Source: Planctomycetaceae bacterium
Lineage (GTDB): Bacteria > Planctomycetota > Planctomycetia > Planctomycetales > Planctomycetaceae
Length of the DNA: 64,000 bases
Direction of reading: 5' to 3'
NCBI GenBank assembly: GCA_033762515.1
Contig: JANRLN010000412.1
Coordinates: 3,719-67,718 of the forward strand
Shown here: positions 1 to 8,557 of the stretch, one piece after another
How the letters are laid out: every line of letters begins with the position of its first letter
Position numbering within the stretch: the first letter of the stretch is position 1
Notes under the pieces: model-generated
What the model was told of the DNA's origin: nothing
The model's database searches: none
The model's input: the letters and a program-made list of their open reading frames with translations, nothing else
Made by a program: the position numbers and the translations under genes

Positions 1-1
1 G

Positions 2-3000
2 GACACCGGGTCGGTCATCGATCTGCTCCGCGAAAAGATCAGCCATTGCGATGCGATGATCTGTCTCGTGGGGGATCGTTACGGCGTCGAACCGAAGGCT
101 CCCCTGGCCGGAACATTGCGCCGTTCTTACAGTCAGATCGAGCACGATATCGCTGTGGAACTCGGCAAACCGGTCTTCCTGTTCCTGTCGTCTCCCAATT
201 GCGAAGTCGATCCGTCGTCGGCTGAGTCTGCCGAGTTGCAGGAGTTGCAGCGCGGTTTCCGTGAACGCCTGCGTGCGGGAGACCGTTTGTGGACGCAGTT
301 CCGCTCTCGGGATGACCTCGTCGCCAAGGTGATGCTCCTGCGATTCGATCCGGAATCGATTGCGGCAAGTCTCAACAGCCGCCTGTCGGTGCTGTTGTTT
401 ACCGATCTGGTTGACTCCACGGGACTGAAGTCGCGAATGGGAGACGACGAGTACGCGCGTCAGATCGCGATTCCCCACAACCAGCTCTTCCGCGAGATTC
501 TCAAGAAATTTCGCGACGCCCACGAAGAGAACTACACCGGAGACGGCTTCCTTGCGACGTTCGAACGCGTGCAGGACGCCGTCAATGCGGCGCTGCTGTT
601 TCACGACGCGCTCGATCAGTACGCGTGGGACGGCGGTGTGAAGCCGACCACCCGGATCGGCATTCACCTGGGACAGGTGACGCGGGTCCCCGGGGCCGAC
701 TTGCGGCGACCCCATATCGCCAGCCACTCCGCCGATTTGTGTGCACGCCTGATGAGCCTGGGGCGCGGCGGCCAAACTCTGCTGACGCGGGCGGCCTTTG
801 ACAATGCGCGACAGTACCTTCGCGCCGCCCCGGTCTGGAGCACCGCCGGATCTGGACTCTACAACGCATCCATCACCGACTCGGCGCTGCTCGACGCTGC
901 TCGCGAGTTGCGCTGGCTGTCGCATGGACGCTATCAGTTTCAGGGACGCGATGAGCCGATGGAGGTCTTTGAAGTCGGCGTCGTCGGCCGTGCTCCCTTG
1001 AAGGCGCCTCCGGATACTGAAAAAGTCCGTCGCGCGGACTCTCTGGAGGAGCAGCAGATGCTTGGCTGGCAGCCGGGGGTCGGGCAAGAGATCCCCGATC
1101 GCAAGGGCTGGCGCATTGAACGCAAACTCGGCGAAGGGGGGTTCGGGGAAGTCTGGCTCGCCCGCAACAGCACCACCCGCCGCTTGCGCGTCTTCAAATT
1201 TTGCATGGATCCCCTGCGGCTGCAGACCTTCCGTCGAGAATTGACCCTCTTCCTGCTCATGAAAGAGGCGCTTGGGGACCTGCAGAACATCGTTCCATTG
1301 CATGAGGTGCGGTTGGAAAAGCGTCCCTACTATCTGGAGAGCGAATACGTCTCCGGTGGTAATCTGCGTCACTGGGTCGACCGTCGCGGCGGGTTCATCA
1401 AGATCTCGCTGGAAGAGCGGCTGCGGCTGATCCAGCAGATTGCGCAGGCCGTCGCCGTGGCCCATTCGGTGGGGATCATCCATCGCGATTTGAAGCCCTC
1501 CAACGTTTTCATGTCGAGCCAGGGACCGGAAGCCCATGTCGTCCTCGCCGACTTCGGCATCGGCGCGCTGATCGACAGCTCACTGCTGGAGCGCTATGGC
1601 ATCTCCCTGCAGGGCTTCACCGATCGGACGCTGTTGCAACCGGGGGCGCATCGATCAGGATCGCGGATGTACCAGCCCCCAGAGGACATCGTAGGGCGGC
1701 CGCCGACGATGCAGGGAGACGTCTACGCTTTGGGCGTGCTCCTGTTTCAGATGCTGACCGGGGACTTCGACCGCCCCCTCGGCCCCGGTTGGGAACGAGT
1801 CCTCAAGGTCTCGGCGAGCCTCGACCACGATTGCACTCCCGAAGAAGTCGTCATGCGTGAACTGCTCATGGAAGACGTCGCAGTCAGCGTCGATTCTGAC
1901 GTACAACATCGGCTGATCGACGCCCATCAGTTCGCCGCTCGTCTGGCGACCCTGCCGCAACGGGTTGAACTCGCGCTCGTCCAACGTCGACAAGCGAAAT
2001 CGCGAGCTCGCTTCAAGACGTTGCGCCGTCAATTGGCGACGGCAAGCGGATTGATTGCGGTGGTGGCGGGACTCGCAGTCTTCAGCACGGTTCAATGGCG
2101 CAGGGCTGAACGATATTCGGCTGCCGCCAAAGAGCACGCCCATGCCGCCGACATGGCGCGGGCCGACGCCGAAGTTCAGGCGGCGCGCGCCGTCGCCCTG
2201 GCTGCGGACGCAGAGTCTGCCAGACAGCAGGCGGAACTGCATGCCCGGCAGGCCGACGAGCATCATCACCTCGTCCTTGATACGCTGCATCAACTGGTCT
2301 TCGACCTGCATGAGCAACTCAGTGATCAGCCCGGCGCTCAAGAAATTCAACAGGCCGTGTTGACGACGGCGTACGATGGACTGGAGCGGACGGCTCGCAC
2401 GGCCCCGCAGGAGAACCCGCGTCGCGAGCGACTGGCCGCCACCGTGCAACTCAAGGCGGCCGACATGCTCTTGTCGCTCGGTCGCACGCGCGAGGCCGAT
2501 TCATTACTGGAGGCGGCGCGGGCGAAGTTTTCGAAGCTGCAGGCATCGAACCCGCAGTGCCTGGTGTCGCGTCGCGATGTGATGCTGACGCTGGAACGGC
2601 TCGGCAACACCAGCCTGAGCCGCGGGGACGTTTCGGGGGCATTCCAGTTCTATCTGGAAGTGCTTTCCGAAGCGGAATGCCTGGCGGCAACCGCTGAACC
2701 GGGGTCCCCGGCGGAGCAAGATTTGTCGCGCGCCTGCTTCCACTTGGGAAATGTTTGCCAGCAGCAGGGAGATTTTGCCGCCGCGCAGCAACATTACCGT
2801 CGCAGCCACGAAATTCGTCAGCGACTGGCCGCCGGTCAGCCCCGTGATCTTGTCGCCCAGCGGGATCTCTCTGCGAGTCTGCGAACGTTGGGGGACGTGG
2901 CGGCCCACGACCGGCGTCTCGAAGATGCACTAGGGTATTACCGCCGCAGCCTGGAGATCCTGGCGGCACTCGTCAACAGCGATCCGCACAGTCTGTCGAT

Positions 3001-3379
3001 CCAGCGCGACTTGCTCGTATGCCATCACAAGCTGGCGCTGGTCTCACAGTCTCAGTCCGACTTACCGGCCGCCCGACGACACTGCGAACGAGCCCTGGAG
3101 ATTGCCGAACGCCTGGCGACAGATCCACAGCAATTGGCCGCTCAGAACGATCTCGCAGTATCGCTGGTGCGACTTGCCAGCATTGCTCAAGCCCAGCGCG
3201 ACGCCGATGCTGCGCTGGCCAACTACAGCCGTGCGGAACAGCATTTCGACGCGATGCAGAGCGAATCGGGCTTGCCCCCGGACCTGGCCGACTGGCCCGA
3301 ACGAATTGCTCAGGCGCTGGCGGAAATTCGCAATTGGCCGGCGGATGCACTCTTCCCGGCGAGCCGGGAACGTGAGTGA
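2..3379 (+). CDS. 5'-truncated (window edge) multidomain signalling protein: DUF4062-like module / class III nucleotidyl cyclase / Ser-Thr protein kinase / TM helix / coiled coil / TPR repeats
   Basis: The frame is open from nt 2 (DTGSVIDLLREKISHCDAMICLVGDRYG...SYSQIEHDIAVELGKPVFLFL, a DUF4062-type pattern). Cyclase motifs LLFTDLVDST, YTGDGFLATF, TRIGIHLGQV and ADLCARL lie at ~nt 383-986. Kinase motifs GEGGFGEVW, RVFKF, HRDLKPSNV, ADFG and YQPPE lie at ~nt 1109-1961. A hydrophobic helix LATASGLIAVVAGLAVFSTV lies at ~nt 2036-2098. TPR-like repeats (e.g. LGNVCQQQGDFAAAQQHYRRSHEIRQRL, LGDVAAHDRRLEDALGYYRRSLEILAAL) run to the stop at 3377-3379. Confidence 0.85.
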   Translation, partial: DTGSVIDLLREKISHCDAMICLVGDRYGVEPKAPLAGTLRRSYSQIEHDIAVELGKPVFLFLSSPNCEVDPSSAESAELQELQRGFRERLRAGDRLWTQFRSRDDLVAKVMLLRFDPESIAASLNSRLSVLLFTDLVDSTGLKSRMGDDEYARQIAIPHNQLFREILKKFRDAHEENYTGDGFLATFERVQDAVNAALLFHDALDQYAWDGGVKPTTRIGIHLGQVTRVPGADLRRPHIASHSADLCARLMSLGRGGQTLLTRAAFDNARQYLRAAPVWSTAGSGLYNASITDSALLDAARELRWLSHGRYQFQGRDEPMEVFEVGVVGRAPLKAPPDTEKVRRADSLEEQQMLGWQPGVGQEIPDRKGWRIERKLGEGGFGEVWLARNSTTRRLRVFKFCMDPLRLQTFRRELTLFLLMKEALGDLQNIVPLHEVRLEKRPYYLESEYVSGGNLRHWVDRRGGFIKISLEERLRLIQQIAQAVAVAHSVGIIHRDLKPSNVFMSSQGPEAHVVLADFGIGALIDSSLLERYGISLQGFTDRTLLQPGAHRSGSRMYQPPEDIVGRPPTMQGDVYALGVLLFQMLTGDFDRPLGPGWERVLKVSASLDHDCTPEEVVMRELLMEDVAVSVDSDVQHRLIDAHQFAARLATLPQRVELALVQRRQAKSRARFKTLRRQLATASGLIAVVAGLAVFSTVQWRRAERYSAAAKEHAHAADMARADAEVQAARAVALAADAESARQQAELHARQADEHHHLVLDTLHQLVFDLHEQLSDQPGAQEIQQAVLTTAYDGLERTARTAPQENPRRERLAATVQLKAADMLLSLGRTREADSLLEAARAKFSKLQASNPQCLVSRRDVMLTLERLGNTSLSRGDVSGAFQFYLEVLSEAECLAATAEPGSPAEQDLSRACFHLGNVCQQQGDFAAAQQHYRRSHEIRQRLAAGQPRDLVAQRDLSASLRTLGDVAAHDRRLEDALGYYRRSLEILAALVNSDPHSLSIQRDLLVCHHKLALVSQSQSDLPAARRHCERALEIAERLATDPQQLAAQNDLAVSLVRLASIAQAQRDADAALANYSRAEQHFDAMQSESGLPPDLADWPERIAQALAEIRNWPADALFPASRERE

Positions 3380-3522
3380 CCGGCGTCTTCCGTGTGCCGT
3401 TGCTTCCACCGAAGCAGTCACGAAGCACTGCGCTGCGAATGATCGCATTGCCCGCAACACAAACACAAGACACAATGTCTGTGGCTGATCTTCCGGGGTT
3501 CTGAACTGGGAAGGGTGCTTCG

Positions 3523-4407
3523 ATGTTGCGTCTGCGTATTGTGTTGGTGCTGATCGCAAGCGGTGTGCGTAGCGGTTGGTCAGCTCCGCCAGCGAAAGCG
3601 CTCCTCCAGTTGCATACCGAGGAAGCCGCCGCATACGAGATGTATCTGGACGAGGCTCACCAGCAGCGGCTGGAACTGCAGACGACGCCGGTATTCACCT
3701 GGACCAACATTCTGCGAGTGCAGGGGCAGTACGGGCATCTGTTCGTCTGGACCAGAGATGGCCGGCCGGAAGTCATCGGGACAATCTTTTCGACCCGCAC
3801 CGATGAACCCAATAGCCAGACGCGGATGGTGGTCCACGAGTTCCATACTTTGGCGACGACCAGGATTTCGCCGGTGACGCCCAAGAGCAGCCGATACCAG
3901 TGGAAGCCGCAGGCGGGCATCAAGTTTGCACCCGTCAACGACGCTCCCGAAGTCGCCGAGACGGCGACTCTACGTTTGATTCAGATGCGCAATCTCGCGC
4001 GGACGTTTTCCGGCGAGACCCGCGATTCTGCCAACAAGAGCTGGGAGCTGCGGCTGCTGCCGCAACCGGCTCTGCGCTACGAACCCCAACGCCGTAATGT
4101 CCTCGACGGCGCCCTGTTCCTGTACGTGACTTCCGCCGGCACCGATCCGGAGGCCGTCGTGCTCATCGAAGCCCGCCGTGACGCCAACAACACCTGGCGC
4201 TGGCAATCGTCCGTGGCCCGCTTTACCGATCGCGATCTGATCGTCCGCGACGCCAGGGGGGTGGTCTGGTCATCGGTCGACGACCCTCTAAAGCGGGTCC
4301 AGATCGAAAACGACTACACGTACCTCCACGACGCAGACAATACGTACACCTGTTATCGGTCACGGGATTTGCCGGAGCTGCCGGATGAGGTGGGGGCAGC
4401 GGAGTGA
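3523..4407 (+). CDS. hypothetical secreted protein (no recognisable domain)
   Basis: 294-aa ORF with an ATG start and a signal-peptide-like N-terminus MLRLRIVLVLIASGVRSGWSAPPAKA. Composition is protein-like. It lies on the same strand, 143 nt downstream of the cyclase-kinase gene. Confidence 0.6.
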   Translation: MLRLRIVLVLIASGVRSGWSAPPAKALLQLHTEEAAAYEMYLDEAHQQRLELQTTPVFTWTNILRVQGQYGHLFVWTRDGRPEVIGTIFSTRTDEPNSQTRMVVHEFHTLATTRISPVTPKSSRYQWKPQAGIKFAPVNDAPEVAETATLRLIQMRNLARTFSGETRDSANKSWELRLLPQPALRYEPQRRNVLDGALFLYVTSAGTDPEAVVLIEARRDANNTWRWQSSVARFTDRDLIVRDARGVVWSSVDDPLKRVQIENDYTYLHDADNTYTCYRSRDLPELPDEVGAAE

Positions 4408-4524
4408 ACTCCGACGTTTCTTCGGCGGTGTGATTTCGGCGCTGAGCCCGTGGACCCAGTGCAGAGTAAGAAGCATGCCAAACTCGTGGGCAAGTACTTG
4501 TGACGATTTCAGTTTTCAATTGTA

Positions 4525-4540
4525 GTCGCAGAATTGCGAC
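4525..4540. promoter_or_regulatory. inverted repeat GTCGCA-gaat-TGCGAC in the leader of the ATPase/RloB islet
   Basis: Read directly from the sequence. It lies ~230 nt upstream of ATG 4770 in a 360-nt non-coding, lower-GC leader. Confidence 0.25.
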
Positions 4541-4625
4541 CGGCTCTCAGATGTCCCGACAAACATGGCGGCGGTGTGCCGGGAGTGCCTTCCAAACGGT
4601 AAACGTACTCGCGGAGCCATGTATT

Positions 4626-4640
4626 CGCGGAATTTCCGCG
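4626..4640. promoter_or_regulatory. perfect 7-bp inverted repeat CGCGGAA-t-TTCCGCG
   Basis: Read directly from the sequence. It lies ~130 nt upstream of ATG 4770. The geometry is operator-like. Confidence 0.3.
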
Positions 4641-4769
4641 GATGTTTGCCTGAAATGTCCGGCAAGTTGTCGTTTTTCGGTTTACATCCGAGATTTCGTC
4701 GCGGATGCTTGTCGATAGTCCGTGAAGATAACTCCACCGGATCATCGCGTCCAGTCGCAGGCAGCAGTG

Positions 4770-6143
4770 ATGTTGATTTCGTTCTCCGTCAGCAATTTTC
4801 GGTCGTTCGGCGAAGAGCAGACACTGAACATGGTGGCCAGCAACAAGCTGACGGACCACCCCAACCACCTCGTCCCCATCGGCAAGACCGGCAAGAATGT
4901 CTTGCGAACCGCTGTCGTGTACGGCGCCAACGCCGCGGGAAAGTCGAACTTGGTCCGGGCGATGGCGTTTGCGCAGCGCGCAATTCTTGGTAGCGAGCGG
5001 CGCGTAACGATTCCCAATGCATTCCGCTTTGGTTCCGATCCAAAGGCTGGCTCAACCTCATTCGAGTTTCGGTTTCTTAAAGCAGATCGCGTGTTCGTCT
5101 ATGGTTTTGACGCTTCCATGTTCGGCTTCCTTGCTGAGTGGCTGTGCGTTGTCGATGGCGATGACGAGATTGTGATCTTTGAACGTGATCAAGACGGTGC
5201 CGCGAGATTGGGCCCGTTGGCTAAATCTAGATTTCCTGATGATCCGACCTTGGTCGAAACACTGGGCGCACTGACTAAACTCCCTCTTCGACCTATTCAG
5301 TTACTCCTCACTCGTGCCTACAGCCTGCCGGAAAATGTCCAGGGTATCACGCTGAGGTCTGTCATAAAATGGCTAACAGAGGATCTCGTTATCTTGCCGC
5401 CAAACCATCGCGAGTTTGGAATTCTTGACCGACTGTCCAAGGACGTAGGTTTTTTTCGCCTTGCCGAAGGCTTCTTGCGGAGTATTGGAACTGGTGTTGC
5501 GAGCTTAGAACTACAACAACGAGAATTCGAGGTCGGGGAGCTGAAGGCGATCTTGCATCCGCGGAAGTTGGCGAGATCTAAGCAAAGCGAACGATTCGAT
5601 GAAGTTCTTCGAGATTCCGAAGATCCAACAAAGCGGATTTTTCGGAGACTAATCGCAAAGCATTCCTCAGGGTCCTCTGTGACGAATCTGCCATTTTCAG
5701 AGGAATCCGATGGAACAAAGCAACTGCTCCACCTGATGCCGGTTTTGGCCGCGTTCGATAACGAAGCCAAGGTGGTGGTCATCGACGAATTGGATCGCAG
5801 CTTACATCCTCTCATCTGCTGGGAGTTCATCCGGCTGTTCAGCGAAACACTTCCGAATGTGCCCAAGCAATTGATCGTCACCACTCACGAAGTCCACCTG
5901 CTCAATCAGGAACTGCTCCGACGAGACGAATACTGGTTCGTCGAAAAGGATTCGGAGCAACAAAGCCGGCTAGTTTCGCTGTCGGAGTTCCAGGTCCGTA
6001 AGGATTTGCAGATCGAGAAGAGCTATCTTCAAGGGCGCTTTGGCGCGATCCCGGTGATCGGGTCAATGGCCGAGTTGGAGAAACTCCTCCAGACGCCAAA
6101 ATGTTCGGAAGCTGCCGATGCCCCGCAAGAAACGTCCCCTTGA
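4770..6143 (+). CDS. ABC/SMC-like AAA ATPase (AAA_15/AAA_21 type; AbiLi-like partner of RloB)
   Basis: The ORF track gives 4722-6143. I prefer ATG 4770, which gives MLISFSVSNFRSFGEEQTL, a typical N-terminus of this ATPase family. Motifs: Walker A GANAAGKSN, Walker B/D-loop VVVIDELDRSLHP, H-loop TTHEVHLL. There is a long insert between Walker A and B. GC is low relative to the flanks. Confidence 0.85.
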   Translation: MLISFSVSNFRSFGEEQTLNMVASNKLTDHPNHLVPIGKTGKNVLRTAVVYGANAAGKSNLVRAMAFAQRAILGSERRVTIPNAFRFGSDPKAGSTSFEFRFLKADRVFVYGFDASMFGFLAEWLCVVDGDDEIVIFERDQDGAARLGPLAKSRFPDDPTLVETLGALTKLPLRPIQLLLTRAYSLPENVQGITLRSVIKWLTEDLVILPPNHREFGILDRLSKDVGFFRLAEGFLRSIGTGVASLELQQREFEVGELKAILHPRKLARSKQSERFDEVLRDSEDPTKRIFRRLIAKHSSGSSVTNLPFSEESDGTKQLLHLMPVLAAFDNEAKVVVIDELDRSLHPLICWEFIRLFSETLPNVPKQLIVTTHEVHLLNQELLRRDEYWFVEKDSEQQSRLVSLSEFQVRKDLQIEKSYLQGRFGAIPVIGSMAELEKLLQTPKCSEAADAPQETSP

Positions 6144-6747
6144 GCGCAATGGTGGGGTCGTCCGCGACGCAACGCTCGTGGTGATCGCCTCGGAAGATAC
6201 TCACGCTGTGCAGTTGTACTTCGATCGGTTTCAGCCGCGTCGAGTGCAGTTTCGCGTGCTGCCGACGGAGAACGGGAAGTCATCTCCTGAAGCGATTATG
6301 CAGCGGCTCAAAGATTTTGAACGGGAGTACGAGATCGGCGAAGGTGATCAGTTGTGGTACTGTGGCGATCTCGACCATTGGGCTGAATCGAATCATATCG
6401 CAGCCTTACGTTCGGTTCTCCGTTCATGCGCGCAGGCCGGTTACGAAGTCGCGATCAGCAACCCTTGTTTCGAGTTATGGTTGTTGCTGCACTTTTGCGA
6501 TGCTCCACAAGAGATCGAGAACTGTAAATCCATAACACAGGAACTGTCTCGGATTGCAGGGGGATATTCGAAGCCGCTCGGGTGCAGAACCGAAATCAGT
6601 GTTGTGATGATCGAAGCCGCGATGACTCGTGCCGCGGCCTTGGACCAGAACACGCACGAAATCCCCGCAACGCCCACAACTCGCGTTTATCGCATCATGC
6701 AGGTGCTGATCAGCAGAGAATCGATTCGTTTGAGACCGGTCGGGTGA
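6118..6747 (+). CDS. RloB-like (Toprim-like) protein, AbiLii-type
   Basis: ATG 6118 overlaps the ATPase 3' end (stop 6141-6143) by 26 nt. The N-terminus is basic (MPRKKRP), followed by LVVIASEDTHAVQLYF (Toprim-like Glu) and CGDLDHW (DxD). The family hallmark SNPCFELWLLLHF is present. Confidence 0.85.
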   Translation: MPRKKRPLERNGGVVRDATLVVIASEDTHAVQLYFDRFQPRRVQFRVLPTENGKSSPEAIMQRLKDFEREYEIGEGDQLWYCGDLDHWAESNHIAALRSVLRSCAQAGYEVAISNPCFELWLLLHFCDAPQEIENCKSITQELSRIAGGYSKPLGCRTEISVVMIEAAMTRAAALDQNTHEIPATPTTRVYRIMQVLISRESIRLRPVG

Positions 6748-6858
6748 TTGCTTGGGGAATCCTGAACTGACCGTGCGGTGCGCTTGCCCGGAATCGTAAG
6801 CTGGTGTCTGCTACGTCGCATGCTCGGCCTGCATCCAGTTCTCCAGGACCATGCCACC

Positions 6859-8493
6859 ATGCATCACGTCATTTTCTCTGCCCTGATTGGCACCATCTTC
6901 TCAACCGCCGCCCACGCCGCCGACATCACCCAAGAGCACCTCATGATCCCCATGCGGGATGGCGTGCGCTTGTCGGCGTTTGTGTTCAGGCCCGCTGGCG
7001 AAGGGCGTTGGCCGGTGTTGCTGGAGCAGCGGTATGCGAATGGGAATAACCCCGCCGTCACAGCGCAGTTCTCGAAACTGGCCAGTCATGGTTATGTCGT
7101 CGTGCTGGCCAACTTCCGGGGCTCGCAGGAGTCGGAGGGGGTCTGGCAGGGGTATCGCGCGCTGGGGTGGGGCGAACTCCAAGACGGGTACGACCTCGTC
7201 GAATGGCTCGCCGTGCAGCCGTGGTCGACGGGGAAGGTGGGAACGTTCGGCAGTTCGCAGGCAGGGTTCGCCCAGAATTTTCTGGCGGTCGCCGGGCCGC
7301 CCCATCTGACGGCTCAGTACATGATCGACACTGGTTTGAGCCTCTACCACGAAGGCTACCGGATCGGGGGGACAAGTCGTCCCGAGCGGTTCAAGGAACT
7401 GTCCAAGGTCTGCCGCGTTCCCGAGCACAATGATGCGCTGCTCGCCGAGTGGGTTCAGCACCCCACGTTTGACGACTACTGGGCCGCGGAAGACTGCTCG
7501 CAGCACTTCGACAAAATGAACGTCCCCTGCTTCACCATCGGAAGCTGGTACGACTTCATGTGCGTCGGCTCGGTCGACAGCTATATCGGCCGACAGCACC
7601 GCGGCGGGCCGCAGTCGCGCGGTCAGCAGCAACTTATGTGCGGACCCTGGCTTCACGGGCGCGTCAAAGAGGTCAATGTGACGGGCGAATTGACTTATCC
7701 CGAAAACGCCAGGTTCCCGCTCGATGATCACATGATCCGCTGGTTCGACCACTACCTCAAAGGGGTCGACAACGGGGTCGAGCGCGATCCGACCGTGCGC
7801 TACTACGTGATGGGAGCGGTCGGGGAAGCCGGCGCGCCGGGGAACGAATGGCGCACCGCAAAGGACTGGCCGATCGCCGCCAAGGTGACGCCCTACTCTC
7901 TGCACCATGAGGGCTCCTTATCGTCGACCGGTCCGAGGTCGACCGACGAAGCATTGACGTATCGGGCCGATCCTTCAAACCCCGCCTCGATCCCCGGCCG
8001 CGCGTTTCCAGGTGCAAAGGACGCCCGCGACTTCGAGAAGCAGCCCAACGTCCTGACGTTCACCACCGGTGAATTGTCGGAACCGGTCGAGTGGACCGGC
8101 AAGGTGGTCGCGGAGATGTTTCTGTCGTCGGATGCTCCCGACACCGATCTCATCGTGCGGATCAGCGACGTCTATCCCGACGGCCGTTCAATGCTGGTGA
8201 TGGACTACGTCCGCCGGGTGCGCTATCGCGAGGGGTACGAGAAGGAAGTCTTCCTCAAACCGGGGGAAGTCGTCCCGGTGACGTTTGATGTCGGCTGGTT
8301 GAGCCTGATCTTCAATCGCGGCCATAAGATCCGGGTGACCGTCGCCAGCACGGGTGCCCCGTTCTTCGAACCAAACCCGAACACCGGTAAACCGTTGACG
8401 ATCGAGCCGCCCACTGAAACCCGGGTGGCGACGAATCGGTTGCACGTGAACCACAAACATGCCTCGCGGATTTTGGCCCCGGTGGTGGAATAA
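6859..8493 (+). CDS. CocE/NonD family hydrolase (X-Pro dipeptidyl-peptidase S15-like), secreted
   Basis: Motifs: MIPMRDGVRLSAFVFRP, PVLLEQRYANG, GYVVVLANFRGSQESEG, DGYDLVEWLAVQPWSTGKVGTFGSSQAGF (nucleophile GxSxxG). A C-terminal beta-sandwich region is present. Start taken at ATG 6859 (MHHVIFSALIGTIFSTAAHA signal) rather than the ORF-track start 6778. Confidence 0.85.
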   Translation: MHHVIFSALIGTIFSTAAHAADITQEHLMIPMRDGVRLSAFVFRPAGEGRWPVLLEQRYANGNNPAVTAQFSKLASHGYVVVLANFRGSQESEGVWQGYRALGWGELQDGYDLVEWLAVQPWSTGKVGTFGSSQAGFAQNFLAVAGPPHLTAQYMIDTGLSLYHEGYRIGGTSRPERFKELSKVCRVPEHNDALLAEWVQHPTFDDYWAAEDCSQHFDKMNVPCFTIGSWYDFMCVGSVDSYIGRQHRGGPQSRGQQQLMCGPWLHGRVKEVNVTGELTYPENARFPLDDHMIRWFDHYLKGVDNGVERDPTVRYYVMGAVGEAGAPGNEWRTAKDWPIAAKVTPYSLHHEGSLSSTGPRSTDEALTYRADPSNPASIPGRAFPGAKDARDFEKQPNVLTFTTGELSEPVEWTGKVVAEMFLSSDAPDTDLIVRISDVYPDGRSMLVMDYVRRVRYREGYEKEVFLKPGEVVPVTFDVGWLSLIFNRGHKIRVTVASTGAPFFEPNPNTGKPLTIEPPTETRVATNRLHVNHKHASRILAPVVE

Positions 8494-8538
8494 GGCGGGT
8501 TTGGGGAATCAGAGTTCGTTGATGCCACGCATGCTTGT

Positions 8539-8557
8539 GGGATTCGCTGCGAATCCC
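8539..8557 (+). terminator. 8-bp stem/3-nt loop hairpin after the CocE/NonD gene
   Basis: GGGATTCG-ctg-CGAATCCC lies 46 nt after the stop. There is no U-tract, so it is weak as an intrinsic terminator. Confidence 0.3.

Noticed and set aside
4408-6790. Flanking direct repeats (TGAACT at both edges) as att-like sites for the low-GC islet
   Set aside because: Only 6 nt are shared, which is expected by chance, and no integrase or tRNA is present.
6901-7908. 335-aa minus-strand ORF
   Set aside because: It lies antisense to the CocE/NonD hydrolase gene, which has unmistakable motifs.
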